Shown here: positions 10,862 to 20,194 of the stretch, piece by piece
Layout of the letters: each line of letters opens with the position of its first letter
Numbering within the stretch: the first letter of the stretch is position 1
Source: Candidatus Bathyarchaeota archaeon
Lineage (GTDB): Archaea; Thermoproteota; Bathyarchaeia; 40CM-2-53-6
Direction of reading: 5' to 3'
NCBI GenBank assembly: GCA_963733055.1
Contig: CAVTBR010000001.1
Coordinates: 448,001 to 512,000 of the forward strand
DNA: 64,000 nt
Notes under the pieces: generated by a model
What the model was told of the DNA's origin: nothing
Databases searched by the model: none
What the model saw: the letters and a program-made list of their open reading frames with translations, nothing else
Made by a program: the position numbers and the translations under genes

Positions 10862-11800
10862 GCGGCGTCGCAAGAATCGAATTGATTCCAAACGATTAAA
10901 CTGCGTCGCCCAAATCCCGAAAAGAATTGCTCCAATACCAATTACGAACGGCAGGGTAGGCTCCTCACCAAGAATTGCAATAGACAAGGCTACCGCGAAA
11001 AGCGGGCTGAGATAGAAGAAAGCGGTCGCCTTAGCCACCTCGAGCTTCGCGAGGGAGTAGTAAAACAAGACGTAGCCTAGGCCTGAGAACAAACCCCAAT
11101 ACGCGATGAGCACATAGCTCAAAGTAGATGCATGTAAGAGCTCTCCGAACCCTGAAGTTGTGTAAACTAGGGCAGTTTGTAGCCCTCCTCCCAAAACAGA
11201 CCCGAGTAAAGTGACGCAGAGCGCGTCATAAGTCGCCATTAGTTTTCTCCCTAGGATTCCATAGGTTGCTGAAGTAATCGCCGCGAATATTGCAAGGCTG
11301 ACACCAAGCGAGCTGAGTGAAGTCGGGCCTCCGGATCCTTGTTCAACGCTGAACACCACCAGGATTACACCAACGAAAGCAACCAAGATACCAGCATAAC
11401 CGCTCGTGGCCAACTTCTCTTTCAGAAACAAAGCCCCAAGCACGGCCGCGAAAATAGTGGCAGTAGCAACGAGGACGGCATTCGCCGACGCGGGAATTCG
11501 CTGTAATGCTGAGAAACTTAGATTCGGGTATATGAAAAACATCACCACTCCTGAGAGTAGAGTCAGGAGGAGCCCTCTTCCACGAATCTCTACTAATCGC
11601 CCGGTCCGTTTTGCTAAGATCAGGGCAACCAAGACTGAAAGTGCACTCAACAGAGAGCCCGACATTGATAGTTGCTCAGGCGTTATGTCAGCAAGAATTA
11701 GTTTACCAACAGGATGTCCCGAACCCCAGACGAAAGTTGCCAATACCATGAAAGCATACTCTTTTCGAATTTTCAAGAACTTCTCCTGAACGTCATACAA
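10853..11800 (-). CDS. DMT/EamA family transporter
   Basis: About 10 hydrophobic segments, FVWGS, LFLKEKL, ILGEEP duplicated EamA pattern. Confidence 0.9.
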   Translation of the reverse strand: MYDVQEKFLKIRKEYAFMVLATFVWGSGHPVGKLILADITPEQLSMSGSLLSALSVLVALILAKRTGRLVEIRGRGLLLTLLSGVVMFFIYPNLSFSALQRIPASANAVLVATATIFAAVLGALFLKEKLATSGYAGILVAFVGVILVVFSVEQGSGGPTSLSSLGVSLAIFAAITSATYGILGRKLMATYDALCVTLLGSVLGGGLQTALVYTTSGFGELLHASTLSYVLIAYWGLFSGLGYVLFYYSLAKLEVAKATAFFYLSPLFAVALSIAILGEEPTLPFVIGIGAILFGIWATQFNRLESIRFLRRRLR

Positions 11801-11914
11801 TGCTCATTTCCGATAGGCAATTACCTCTGTCTCAGCAGGCGTCTCAAACTTAACGAAGGTAACCGCGACGATTGCGGTCTTAGGTTGGACGTTTCGGGCT
11901 AGCAAAGCGGGCGC

Positions 11915-13007
11915 TTACACGAATGGTAACCGCACTGGTTTACCTGTCTTGTAGCACTGTAAAGCGGCGAGGGCAATCTCGTGAGTTCTAATGGCGTCCT
12001 CGAGGTTTGCATGTGACTCCTTTCCGTTTTGGATACAGTCAACGAAATGGTCTATTTCTCCCTGGAATGGGTGGTGTGCCACATCGGCGCTTGTTGGAAG
12101 AATTGATGGAATCTCTATCCAATCCTTCTGACCTGGGAACTTATGTGACCACACACGATTGTCAATGAATGTGCCTTTGTTGCCGAAAACCTCAAACGGG
12201 AACCGGTACGGCATGATCGCACCAAAATTAACCGAGACCTTTCCGAGCACGCCATTGTCGAACTTAACTAGCGCAGTCTCTAAGTCGTCGTATTCCAGCG
12301 GACGCTTGCCGCCTTCCCATTTGTTAGTAAAGTAGTTGAACTCCTTTTTGAGGCCCTTTCGGTATCCGCCCGAATACGCGAACACTTCTCTAGCCTTCCC
12401 AGCCTCGTACCTTCCATCCCCCGCGAACCAACGGACTGCATCGATCGCATGGCATCCGCCTACTAGCATCGAACTGACGCCTGTCGATTTCTTCCGGGCA
12501 TCCTCATAACCAGACCACCAACTCGCGATGTCATGCTGGTAATCAGCTTCAACATAGAAGACTTTTCCAATTGCATCATCTTGGATCATGGCCTTTATCG
12601 TTTCAAAAATGGGATTCCACCTTAAGACGAAACTAACTACCGTTCGTACTCTTGCTTTACGCACCGCCTCCCTCATCCTTCGCATTTCCTGAGCCGAATT
12701 CGCTATCGCCTTTTCGATTACAATGTGCTTTCCAGCCTTAGCTGCGGCGATCGTATTTTCAGCATGCAGATGCTGTGGGGTGCAGACTGCAACTATGTCT
12801 ACCTCCTCGTTTTCGAGCGCTTTCTCATAATCAGTTGTCAGTTGTATCTTCTTCAACCCTGCTTCTTCGGCCCGCTTCTTGGCACTCTCAAGTTTTCTGC
12901 TGGAAATCGCGATGAACGCGCGTGTGTGGATTCTCTTGAAATGCCTTTATGTGCTGAGTTGAAACCCATCCAGCACCATGGACAAGGACACCTAACTTTC
13001 TAGCCAA
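11915..13007 (-). CDS. Gfo/Idh/MocA family NAD(P)-dependent oxidoreductase (+1 frameshift near 12914-12916)
   Basis: VCTPQHLH, GKHIVIEKA, GGCHAID. The Rossmann N-terminus (MARKLGVLVHGAGWVSTQHI) is encoded from TTG 13007 in a neighbouring frame; one extra base in GTTC-ATC separates the two parts. Confidence 0.85.
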
Positions 13008-13101
13008 CTGTAGACAACTCGCTTTCTAGTCGTAATTCAGTTTTCGCATCCTATAATTGCGGTAATCTGTTCGAGACTAACTTGGGTCCATCTCGGAATC
13101 G

Positions 13102-13125
13102 TTAAATAGACGCCGATCGGTTACG
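13102..13125 (+). promoter_or_regulatory. TATA-like box (TTAAATA) plus shared 15-bp motif CGCCGATCGGTTACG upstream of APC gene
   Basis: TATA-like box about 25-30 nt upstream of ATG 13133. The motif is 13/15 identical to 14860-14874 at the same distance from the start codon. Confidence 0.55.
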
Positions 13126-13132
13126 CCGCTTC

Positions 13133-14725
13133 ATGGCGTCCGAAAAATCAAAAGTTTTCACGCGTGACGCAACCGGGCTCGTCCGTGAAGTTTCGCCTCT
13201 TGACAGTTTTGGAGTTGCCGTCACTGGCGTGGGCATGATCAGCATCTTTCTGTTCTTTTCATATTACATGACCTCAGCTCCGAATGACAATCCTCTGCTC
13301 TCGGTCGTGTTGATGATTGTTCCGCTGGTTGCCCTAGCTGCCGTTTGGGCTTATTTGATGGCTGTATTCCCGCGGAGTGGCGGAGATTATGTTTTCAACA
13401 CGAGGTCGCTTCATCCTACCATAGGCATCATGACTGACTTCCTCTACGTCACCATACTTCCCAGCGTACTCGCACTCTTCATCATAATCGCACTCCAAGT
13501 CTTCGGCGACATGTTCACCATAGAAGCCTTCCTCACGGGGAACCCCGGTATGACAGCGATGGCTACAGCACTAGCTCAGCCGAGCGTGCAGTTTGTTGCA
13601 TGCACAATTCTAACTGTTTTGACGGCTTTCCTTCTCATAGGTAGAACGAAACTTTACACGCACTTCCAAGCAATCTTCGTCGTCGCCGGAATTATAGTTG
13701 TATTGGTGCTAGTCGCCGCAACGGCCATGACACCCAACTCAACATATCAGGCACTTGTACAACAAGTCTTCCAAGTCAATTATTCATCGACAATCCAAAA
13801 AGCAACTACTCAAGGGTTCTCAAGTCCCACTTGGGCTGGAGCATCGCTGTTCGGGACCAGTTTCCTAATATTCTGGCTGGCCGGGCCGCAATACGCAGCC
13901 TTTGTCGCAGGTGAGACTAAGCGACCGCAAAGAACCGCGGTTTTGGCTATAGTCGGCGCGCAATTCGTCATGATCCTTCTCTTTCTCCTGGTAGGCGCCG
14001 TTTCCTACTCGACCTTCGGCCTCAACTTCTCTTATGCGGCTAACTACCTTACTGGCAAGGGCGCTAACCCATTCCCCACAAGTCAAATGACGTTCCTGGA
14101 CATGGTCGTACCCATAATTGGCAATCCAGTGGTAATAGCGATTGTATTCACAATAATCGGGGTGGGCGCGTATTTGGTTGGTTCTAACGCCTGTCTGGGA
14201 GCAAGTAGGAAGATATTCGCCTGGTCATTTGATAGGCTCCTTCCAGCAAAATTCTCCGAAGTTTCCCCCCGCTTCAAAACCCCGATCTACTCAGCGATAC
14301 TTGTGTCCATTCTTGCGGAGATTTTCAACTACCTAATTATCTACAACGTCGGCGTATACAACATCATCACGGGATTCGGCGTTGTTTACTCCGCAGTGAT
14401 CTGGGGCGTATCTGCACTCTCTGCCGTCGTGCTACCATTCAAGAAGGAACTCTTCGAGCAAGCACCAGATTTCGTTCGCAAGAAATTCGGTCCTGTTCCT
14501 GTCCTTAGCATCTTGGGAGCAATTGCTTTCGTCACGATAGTGGGTTTGCTGATTTTCGGTCAACTAGTACCTACGATTCAAGGAGGCCTTGACCCGAACG
14601 CAACTACTTGGACATTTGGAATATTCTTCGGGGGCTTGGTCTACTACTACCTTGTAAAATGGTACAGGCGCAAGTCAGTAGGGCTCGACCTGTCGTTGGC
14701 TTACAAACAGATTCCGCCAGAATAG
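13133..14725 (+). CDS. APC-family amino acid/amine permease
   Basis: FTRDATGLVREV, FPRSGGDY, FAWSFDRLLP, C-terminal YKQIPPE; about 12 hydrophobic segments. Confidence 0.9.
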   Translation: MASEKSKVFTRDATGLVREVSPLDSFGVAVTGVGMISIFLFFSYYMTSAPNDNPLLSVVLMIVPLVALAAVWAYLMAVFPRSGGDYVFNTRSLHPTIGIMTDFLYVTILPSVLALFIIIALQVFGDMFTIEAFLTGNPGMTAMATALAQPSVQFVACTILTVLTAFLLIGRTKLYTHFQAIFVVAGIIVVLVLVAATAMTPNSTYQALVQQVFQVNYSSTIQKATTQGFSSPTWAGASLFGTSFLIFWLAGPQYAAFVAGETKRPQRTAVLAIVGAQFVMILLFLLVGAVSYSTFGLNFSYAANYLTGKGANPFPTSQMTFLDMVVPIIGNPVVIAIVFTIIGVGAYLVGSNACLGASRKIFAWSFDRLLPAKFSEVSPRFKTPIYSAILVSILAEIFNYLIIYNVGVYNIITGFGVVYSAVIWGVSALSAVVLPFKKELFEQAPDFVRKKFGPVPVLSILGAIAFVTIVGLLIFGQLVPTIQGGLDPNATTWTFGIFFGGLVYYYLVKWYRRKSVGLDLSLAYKQIPPE

Positions 14726-14859
14726 AATCCTACTTCCCCGAGCATCGTAACCTCAACTTACTCTTCGAACCTAGAGTCCATCCAACACAACTAACCAAGT
14801 TGCGTTTTTGAACAAACCCTCCGCGAGAACCTAAGCTCTTTCGCAATAAACTAAAGAAC

Positions 14860-14874
14860 CGCCGATCAGTTTCG
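14860..14874 (+). promoter_or_regulatory. Second copy of shared upstream motif (CGCCGATCAGTTTCG)
   Basis: Starts 22 nt before ATG 14882, the same offset as the copy before ATG 13133. Confidence 0.5.
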
Positions 14875-14881
14875 TTCCTGC

Positions 14882-16057
14882 ATGCAAAACAGAGCAGACA
14901 TAGTGATCATTGGCGGAGGATGCATAGGATGCAGCATTGCATTCTGGTCTGCTAAGCTTTCTCCAAAATCACGAATAGTCCTGCTGGAAAAAACGCACAT
15001 CGCCTGGGGCACAACAGGAAAGTCGACGGCGATCATCCGCCAACACTACAGCAACCCTTCAACCGCTAGAATTGCGCTCAATAGTCTAAACGTGTTTGAG
15101 AACTTCTCTAAAGTTGTTGGAGGCGACGCAGGTTTCATACGGACCGGTTTCTTGGCGGTAACAGGTACACAAGACTCGGAAGGTCTAAGAAAGAATGTCG
15201 AAATGCAGCGGAAAGTGGGAATCGAAACTCGACTTGTTGAACCCGCCGAAATAGAAAAGCTGCAGCCAGGCGCCAACGTAAAAGACATCGCCGTGGGCGC
15301 ATACGAACCAAGGTCGGGTTACGCAGATCCGATAACCACGACAAAATCCTTCGCAATTGCGGCCGAGAGACTCGGTGTTAGAATACTTGAAGGAACTAAG
15401 GCCTTGGAAATCACTGTTGACAAAGGGAACGTTAAGGGAGTTCGAACCGAAACGATGGAGATCGAAGCTGACAAGGTTGTAAATGCTGCGAACGTATGGT
15501 GTAATGACGTGATGCCAAGCAACCATTCCAAGCTCCCAATCCGCGCACTTAGAGAACAAAACTGCATCTTCAGTAGACCTCCGACATTCAAAACGCAACT
15601 CGCTGCCTGGGACGACCTCCAAAACCGCATCTATCTTAGACCAGAGGGGAAAAACCGGGTGCTCGTCGGCTCCATTGATCCGAACCTCCCACCAATCGAA
15701 AACCCAGATCAAATGGTTGAAGGAGTTGATCAGGAAACTGTTCTGGCTTACTCAGAGAAGCTATCAAACCGATTTCCCGAGATGGCAATGGGCAATTGGA
15801 AAAGTGGGTTCTCAGGCGCATACGATGTGACGCCAGATTGGCATCCAATATTGGATGAATCTAACGAAGTGAGAAAACTGTTTCTCGCTGTGGGATTCAG
15901 TGGCCACGGATTCAAACTTTCGCCCATTATAGGAAAACTAATGTCGCAACTGATTCTGACAGGCTCCAAGCCGGAAGACCTCACGCCGTTCGCGGCAAGT
16001 CGATTCCGTGATGGCACGTTGCTACGGGGGCAATACGCTGCAAACATTCTTGGTTAA
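14882..16057 (+). CDS. FAD-dependent oxidoreductase, DAO / sarcosine oxidase beta / glycine oxidase family
   Basis: IIGGGCIG dinucleotide motif, GTTGKSTAIIR, YDVTPDWHPI, GFSGHGFKLSP. Confidence 0.9.
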   Translation: MQNRADIVIIGGGCIGCSIAFWSAKLSPKSRIVLLEKTHIAWGTTGKSTAIIRQHYSNPSTARIALNSLNVFENFSKVVGGDAGFIRTGFLAVTGTQDSEGLRKNVEMQRKVGIETRLVEPAEIEKLQPGANVKDIAVGAYEPRSGYADPITTTKSFAIAAERLGVRILEGTKALEITVDKGNVKGVRTETMEIEADKVVNAANVWCNDVMPSNHSKLPIRALREQNCIFSRPPTFKTQLAAWDDLQNRIYLRPEGKNRVLVGSIDPNLPPIENPDQMVEGVDQETVLAYSEKLSNRFPEMAMGNWKSGFSGAYDVTPDWHPILDESNEVRKLFLAVGFSGHGFKLSPIIGKLMSQLILTGSKPEDLTPFAASRFRDGTLLRGQYAANILG

Positions 16058-16101
16058 ACACCGCGGGTGCAACCGGATCTAATATGTTACCGTTCAATAG
16101 A

Positions 16102-17379
16102 TTAACGAAGCAAATGGTCTTTCATGTGGCGTACGGTCTCTAGTTTGGGCTCGATGAGTGAAGCTGTTCCCGCGGCTTTCACGGCCGCGTGTATGTCCTT
16201 TAACCCATTCCCTGTGACTACGACCACGAACGCTTCATCGTGGTCCACAAGGTCTTCTCGTAAAGCCTTGGTCAACCCGGCGTAACCTGTAGCGCCGGCA
16301 GGTTCGGCAAAGACTCCTTCCTCTCTTGCCAACTTACGCATAGCACTCAGCACCTCCTCATCTGTTACCGTCAGGTAAGCTCCCTCCGTCTCTCGAACCG
16401 CACGCACAGCCCTCGTCCCATCACGTGGGAGCCCTACGGAGATCGAGTCTGAAATCGTATGCGCATCCACAGGCGTAATGTTCTCGGTTCCTGCTTTCCA
16501 TGCGTTGTAGCAGGCCGCGGCTCCTTCGGCTTGTACGCCCATGAGTTTGGGCATTTTCTCGATCCAACCCAAAGCCATCAAGTCGCGCAGGCCTTTCCAC
16601 AGTCCTGTTATGATGTTGCCATCTCCGACGGCTACGAAAATTCGGTCTGGAATGCTCCAACTTCGACCTGAATTTTCCGAATTTGCCAAGGTTAATTGTT
16701 CGCAGATTTCCAACGACGCAGTCTTCTTCCCTTCCGCCGTGTACGGGTTGTAACCCGTATTCCGTGAATACCACCCGAACTCTTTCGAAGCGGCTAGGGA
16801 TAGTTCGAATGCTTGATCATACGTCCCCTTCACCAAGAAAACCCGTGCCCCATAGATCAGCAACTGCGCCACCTTAGCCTCCGGAGCGGTCTGAGGAACG
16901 AAAACCACAGCAGGCACATGCCCGCTAGCAGCAAGCCCCGCCAGAGCCGCCCCAGCATTCCCGCTACTCGCCGCGGTAATCACCTCAACCCCAAGCTCCT
17001 TCGCTTTCGCCACAACCACAGCGCTCGCACGATCCTTCAACGACCCCGTCGGGTTCAAGCCATCATCCTTCAACCAAAGATTTCGAAGCCCAAGCTCCTT
17101 ACCCAACCGCTTAGCGTTGTAGAGGGGCGTCCACCCCACCCGCAACTGGGGCACAACCGAACGATCCTCAATCGGCAGGAGATCCCAGTATCTCCAGATC
17201 GAGCAATCCCTGGACTTCGAAATATCGGCCGGCGTCACCTGCGACTTGATCTTCTCATAATCATACAACACATCCAGCAGGCCAACGTCCCCATGCTTGG
17301 GACACACATACCGAACCTCGTCAGGCGCGTACACGGCGCCGCAAAGAGAACACTTAGTTCCGCTAACATGTTGGCGCAT
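16102..17379 (-). CDS. thrC: Threonine synthase-like PLP enzyme (fold type II)
   Basis: N-terminal CxxC..CP zinc ribbon, GWTPL, NPTGSLKDR, ASSGNAG, EGKKT, FAEPAGA, TGNGLKD. Exact substrate not certain. Confidence 0.8.
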   Translation of the reverse strand: MRQHVSGTKCSLCGAVYAPDEVRYVCPKHGDVGLLDVLYDYEKIKSQVTPADISKSRDCSIWRYWDLLPIEDRSVVPQLRVGWTPLYNAKRLGKELGLRNLWLKDDGLNPTGSLKDRASAVVVAKAKELGVEVITAASSGNAGAALAGLAASGHVPAVVFVPQTAPEAKVAQLLIYGARVFLVKGTYDQAFELSLAASKEFGWYSRNTGYNPYTAEGKKTASLEICEQLTLANSENSGRSWSIPDRIFVAVGDGNIITGLWKGLRDLMALGWIEKMPKLMGVQAEGAAACYNAWKAGTENITPVDAHTISDSISVGLPRDGTRAVRAVRETEGAYLTVTDEEVLSAMRKLAREEGVFAEPAGATGYAGLTKALREDLVDHDEAFVVVVTGNGLKDIHAAVKAAGTASLIEPKLETVRHMKDHLLR

Positions 17380-17442
17380 GGGGCTTCAACTTGTCAACTC
17401 GCTTCGCTCAGGATCGCCTATTGAGAGTTCCTGTACATCACT

Positions 17443-18129
17443 TCAACTGGAAGCTGTTTTCTCTTTCAAGCTCAACCTCTCCAGGGCTAGGTACATCACG
17501 GAATCGGTTGATTGCTTGGAGTAAGATTCGATTCGGATCCTCTTTTTGAATTGCGGTGCGTCGAGTGCCAAGGTGTGGTACTCTCCCTGCTCTCCACAAA
17601 TATCCAGGCCAGTGCTCTGATTCATTTTGACAAGTTCCTTAACCGCACTCTCGGATAGTTCTCTCCCCAACCATTCATCTGCGAACCAGGGTTTTTTGAC
17701 GCACGAGAACGCTACCCTAAATCTGAGCGCCAACAGTTTGTTCAAAATCTGAAGCCTATCCCGTTGCCACAGAGGGCGTATGACCTTAACATTGTGTCGT
17801 TCTGCGCGTTGAATTATCCAATTTGGGTCGTGGCCCGCAACTTCGTCAATATCGCCAGTAACCAACATGTCAATTCCGTGTTGTTTCTTCAAGGTGGAGA
17901 TTGCTTCTTCGTAGCTCTCGTCGTAGGGCTCGGCTACGTCCATCCTGAGATGTTAAAGCCCCAAGGCCTGGGCCTGAAGACCGATGAAATCAAGTGGATG
18001 AGCTAAGGGTGCCTCTTGGTTCCAAACGAAAGTGACTAGGTACTTGATGTTGCAGCCTAAGGATTCGGCTTCGTAAAGCGCCAGAGAGGAATCTTTGCCC
18101 CCAGTCCATAACATAGCGGCGTTCGACAT
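17443..18129 (-). pseudogene. Diphthine-ammonia ligase (Dph6-like PP-loop ATPase) interrupted by in-frame TAA at 17953-17955
   Basis: WTGGKDS PP-loop in the 5' piece; LVTGDI, PLWQ, DICGEQGEYHT in the 3' piece. Both pieces are in the same frame (QALGL*HLRMDV). Confidence 0.75.
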
Positions 18130-18186
18130 GCTCTCCACCGATGCAAACCCTTCTGTCAACTTTTCATGCCTAAGGCAAAGTCGCCG

Positions 18187-18555
18187 CTAACGGTATCGTC
18201 GCTCAAGCTCGCGCTCTCTCCGACGGTCTTCGGTCCGTCCCCTCCGAAGCTCTCTCCTAACGTTGTCGGTGCGCCCAAGGTTCAGATGTTCTGCCCACAT
18301 AATGAGTTCATGTAGGTCTTTTCCGACATCGAATCGGTATGTTTGCGTATTACCGATCTTTCTGGATTTCTTGACCAGTCCGAACCGGTTCAGTTGTTTT
18401 ACTGCCTTTTGCACGGTTTTAAATGATAATCCAGTTGATTCAACCATCAAAGGAATGGTCTGTTCCATGTTTCCAACGTATAGTGCTTGATCCAGAACCT
18501 TAGCTACAGGTCCTCCGAATACTTGCGTGAAGGGTCCATCTTGCATCCCTCTCAT
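18187..18555 (-). CDS. Winged-HTH DNA-binding protein with Arg/Glu-rich tail
   Basis: ESTGLSFKTVQKAVKQLNRFGLVKKSRKIGNTQTY is an archaeal wHTH pattern. Confidence 0.7.
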   Translation of the reverse strand: MRGMQDGPFTQVFGGPVAKVLDQALYVGNMEQTIPLMVESTGLSFKTVQKAVKQLNRFGLVKKSRKIGNTQTYRFDVGKDLHELIMWAEHLNLGRTDNVRRELRRGRTEDRRRERELERRYR

Positions 18556-18639
18556 TACTTCTCTCTCTTACCTGCCAAGGCAAGCCTATTGGGATGTGTC
18601 CCCAATTTAATAATGAATTGGTCTGAATTCCATTAATAG

Positions 18640-18653
18640 TGGATAATTATCCA
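18640..18653. promoter_or_regulatory. Perfect 14-bp palindrome TGGATAATTATCCA, candidate operator
   Basis: Self-complementary; lies in the AT-rich divergent region between the wHTH gene and the cyclophilin-like gene. Confidence 0.5.
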
Positions 18654-18762
18654 ATGGCGTTTAGACTTGGAACGCTTGGTCACGGGGTGCCGACATTTGT
18701 TTGGATTGAGATTCAAACAATTCGTTCATATGGAGAGTTGCAACCAGCCTCTACCGAGCAAC

Positions 18763-19146
18763 TTGGAAAGGCGAATTCGCATTTCGACGAAAGGCGTTGG
18801 AACGGTGGACGCGATTCTTGCCGAAGAGAATCCGAAAACTGCTGAGGCAGTCTGGAAGGCTTTGCCGATAAAGGGAAACGCAAACCTCTGGGGAGATGAT
18901 ATCTATTTTTCCACTCCCGTATCCCTTAACGAGGAGAACGGGAGGGAAGAAGTGGAGGTGGGAGCCATCGCCTATTGGCCTCCCGGTAAGGCTGTGTGTA
19001 TTTTCTTCGGGGAAACGCCTGTGAGCCAGGATGGAGAGCCACGGGCCGCGAGTTCCGTCAACGTTTTCGCTAAGGTACTTGGAGATCCAACAATATTCAA
19101 GAAAGTTCGCAATGGTGACGAGGTAAACCTAGCAAGGAGCGACTGA
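18763..19146 (+). CDS. Cyclophilin-like fold protein (TM1367/DUF369-like)
   Basis: PKTAEAVWKALPI, WGDDIYF, GAIAYWPPGKAVCIFFGETP. TTG 18763 preferred. Confidence 0.8.
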   Translation: MERRIRISTKGVGTVDAILAEENPKTAEAVWKALPIKGNANLWGDDIYFSTPVSLNEENGREEVEVGAIAYWPPGKAVCIFFGETPVSQDGEPRAASSVNVFAKVLGDPTIFKKVRNGDEVNLARSD

Positions 19147-19205
19147 ACGGCTAAAGCGGAGAGAATACTAGGGAACGGCCATATTTCTCGCCAGCACACC
19201 CTGAA

Positions 19206-20177
19206 CTATTTCTTGGGATTCACCGGGTTCGGCAGTGGCTCGCCTTTCAAGCCCGCGATGAGGTTTTCCGCGGCCATCATCCCCATCTTAGTTCTGGTTG
19301 TCACTGATGCGCTCGCTATGTGTGGGGCGATGATTATATTCTCCAATTTCAGCAGTGGGTGGTCGATGGGTATTGGTTCGGGTTCTGTAACATCCAAACC
19401 AGCGTAAGCGATCTTTCCGTCGCGAAGCGCCTCGTATAATGCCATGTTATCAACGATGGGACCGCGAGAGGTGTTGATGAGAATACAGGTTCGTTTCATC
19501 TTCTTGAATTGCTCCTGGCCGATTAGGTGGTGAGTTTCCGGGGTCAGGTTCGTATGCAACGTGATAAAATCTGATTCAGCCAAGAGTTTTTCCATCTCCA
19601 CGTACTCTAACCCTAATTCTTTCTCAGTTTGCGGCTGCTGCCTGATCACGTCAGAGTACATGATCTTCATTCCAAACCCTTTCGCGCGCCTTGCCACGGC
19701 CACACCGATCCTACCCATACCAATGATTCCGAGACTTGAACCGAAGACATCTTGGCCAAGCAGAATCATCGGCCCCCACGTCTTCCACTTACCCGCCCTC
19801 ACGTTTCTGTCTCCTTCAGCGACACGCCGACCCGCGGCCAACATTAACGCGAATGCGAAATCCGCGGTTGTTTCCGTCAAAACCCCAGGCGTGTTTCCAA
19901 CTACTATCCCGCGCTTAGCGGCGGCGTCGATGTCTATGTTATCAAAGCCGACTGCTATGTTGCTAATCACTTTCAGCTTTGGTGCTTTGTCCATAAGCGG
20001 TGCGTCTATTTTATCGGTGAGCAGACAAAGCAGTCCCTCCGCATCGGCAATATTCTCAATAATGGTTCCTCTGGGAGGAGGCAAATCTCCCTCCCATATT
20101 TTCGCGTCGCAATAGGAGTTGATTCTATCCATCGCAGGTTTCGGCAACAGCCTCGTAACGTAAACTTTCGGCTTCAA
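19206..20177 (-). CDS. gyaR: Glyoxylate reductase / D-glycerate dehydrogenase (D-2-hydroxyacid dehydrogenase)
   Basis: AVGFDNID, NTPGVLTETTAD, GMGRIG, INTSRG, LDVTEPEP, PHIASA. Confidence 0.85.
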   Translation of the reverse strand: MKPKVYVTRLLPKPAMDRINSYCDAKIWEGDLPPPRGTIIENIADAEGLLCLLTDKIDAPLMDKAPKLKVISNIAVGFDNIDIDAAAKRGIVVGNTPGVLTETTADFAFALMLAAGRRVAEGDRNVRAGKWKTWGPMILLGQDVFGSSLGIIGMGRIGVAVARRAKGFGMKIMYSDVIRQQPQTEKELGLEYVEMEKLLAESDFITLHTNLTPETHHLIGQEQFKKMKRTCILINTSRGPIVDNMALYEALRDGKIAYAGLDVTEPEPIPIDHPLLKLENIIIAPHIASASVTTRTKMGMMAAENLIAGLKGEPLPNPVNPKK

Positions 20178-20194
20178 AGAGTATCACGCCCCCA

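Noticed and set aside
16813-17424. 203-aa plus-strand ORF and other long antisense ORFs (e.g. 25426..26046, 19561..20115, 42005..42529)
   Set aside because: Shadows of well-supported genes on the opposite strand, with no recognisable motifs.
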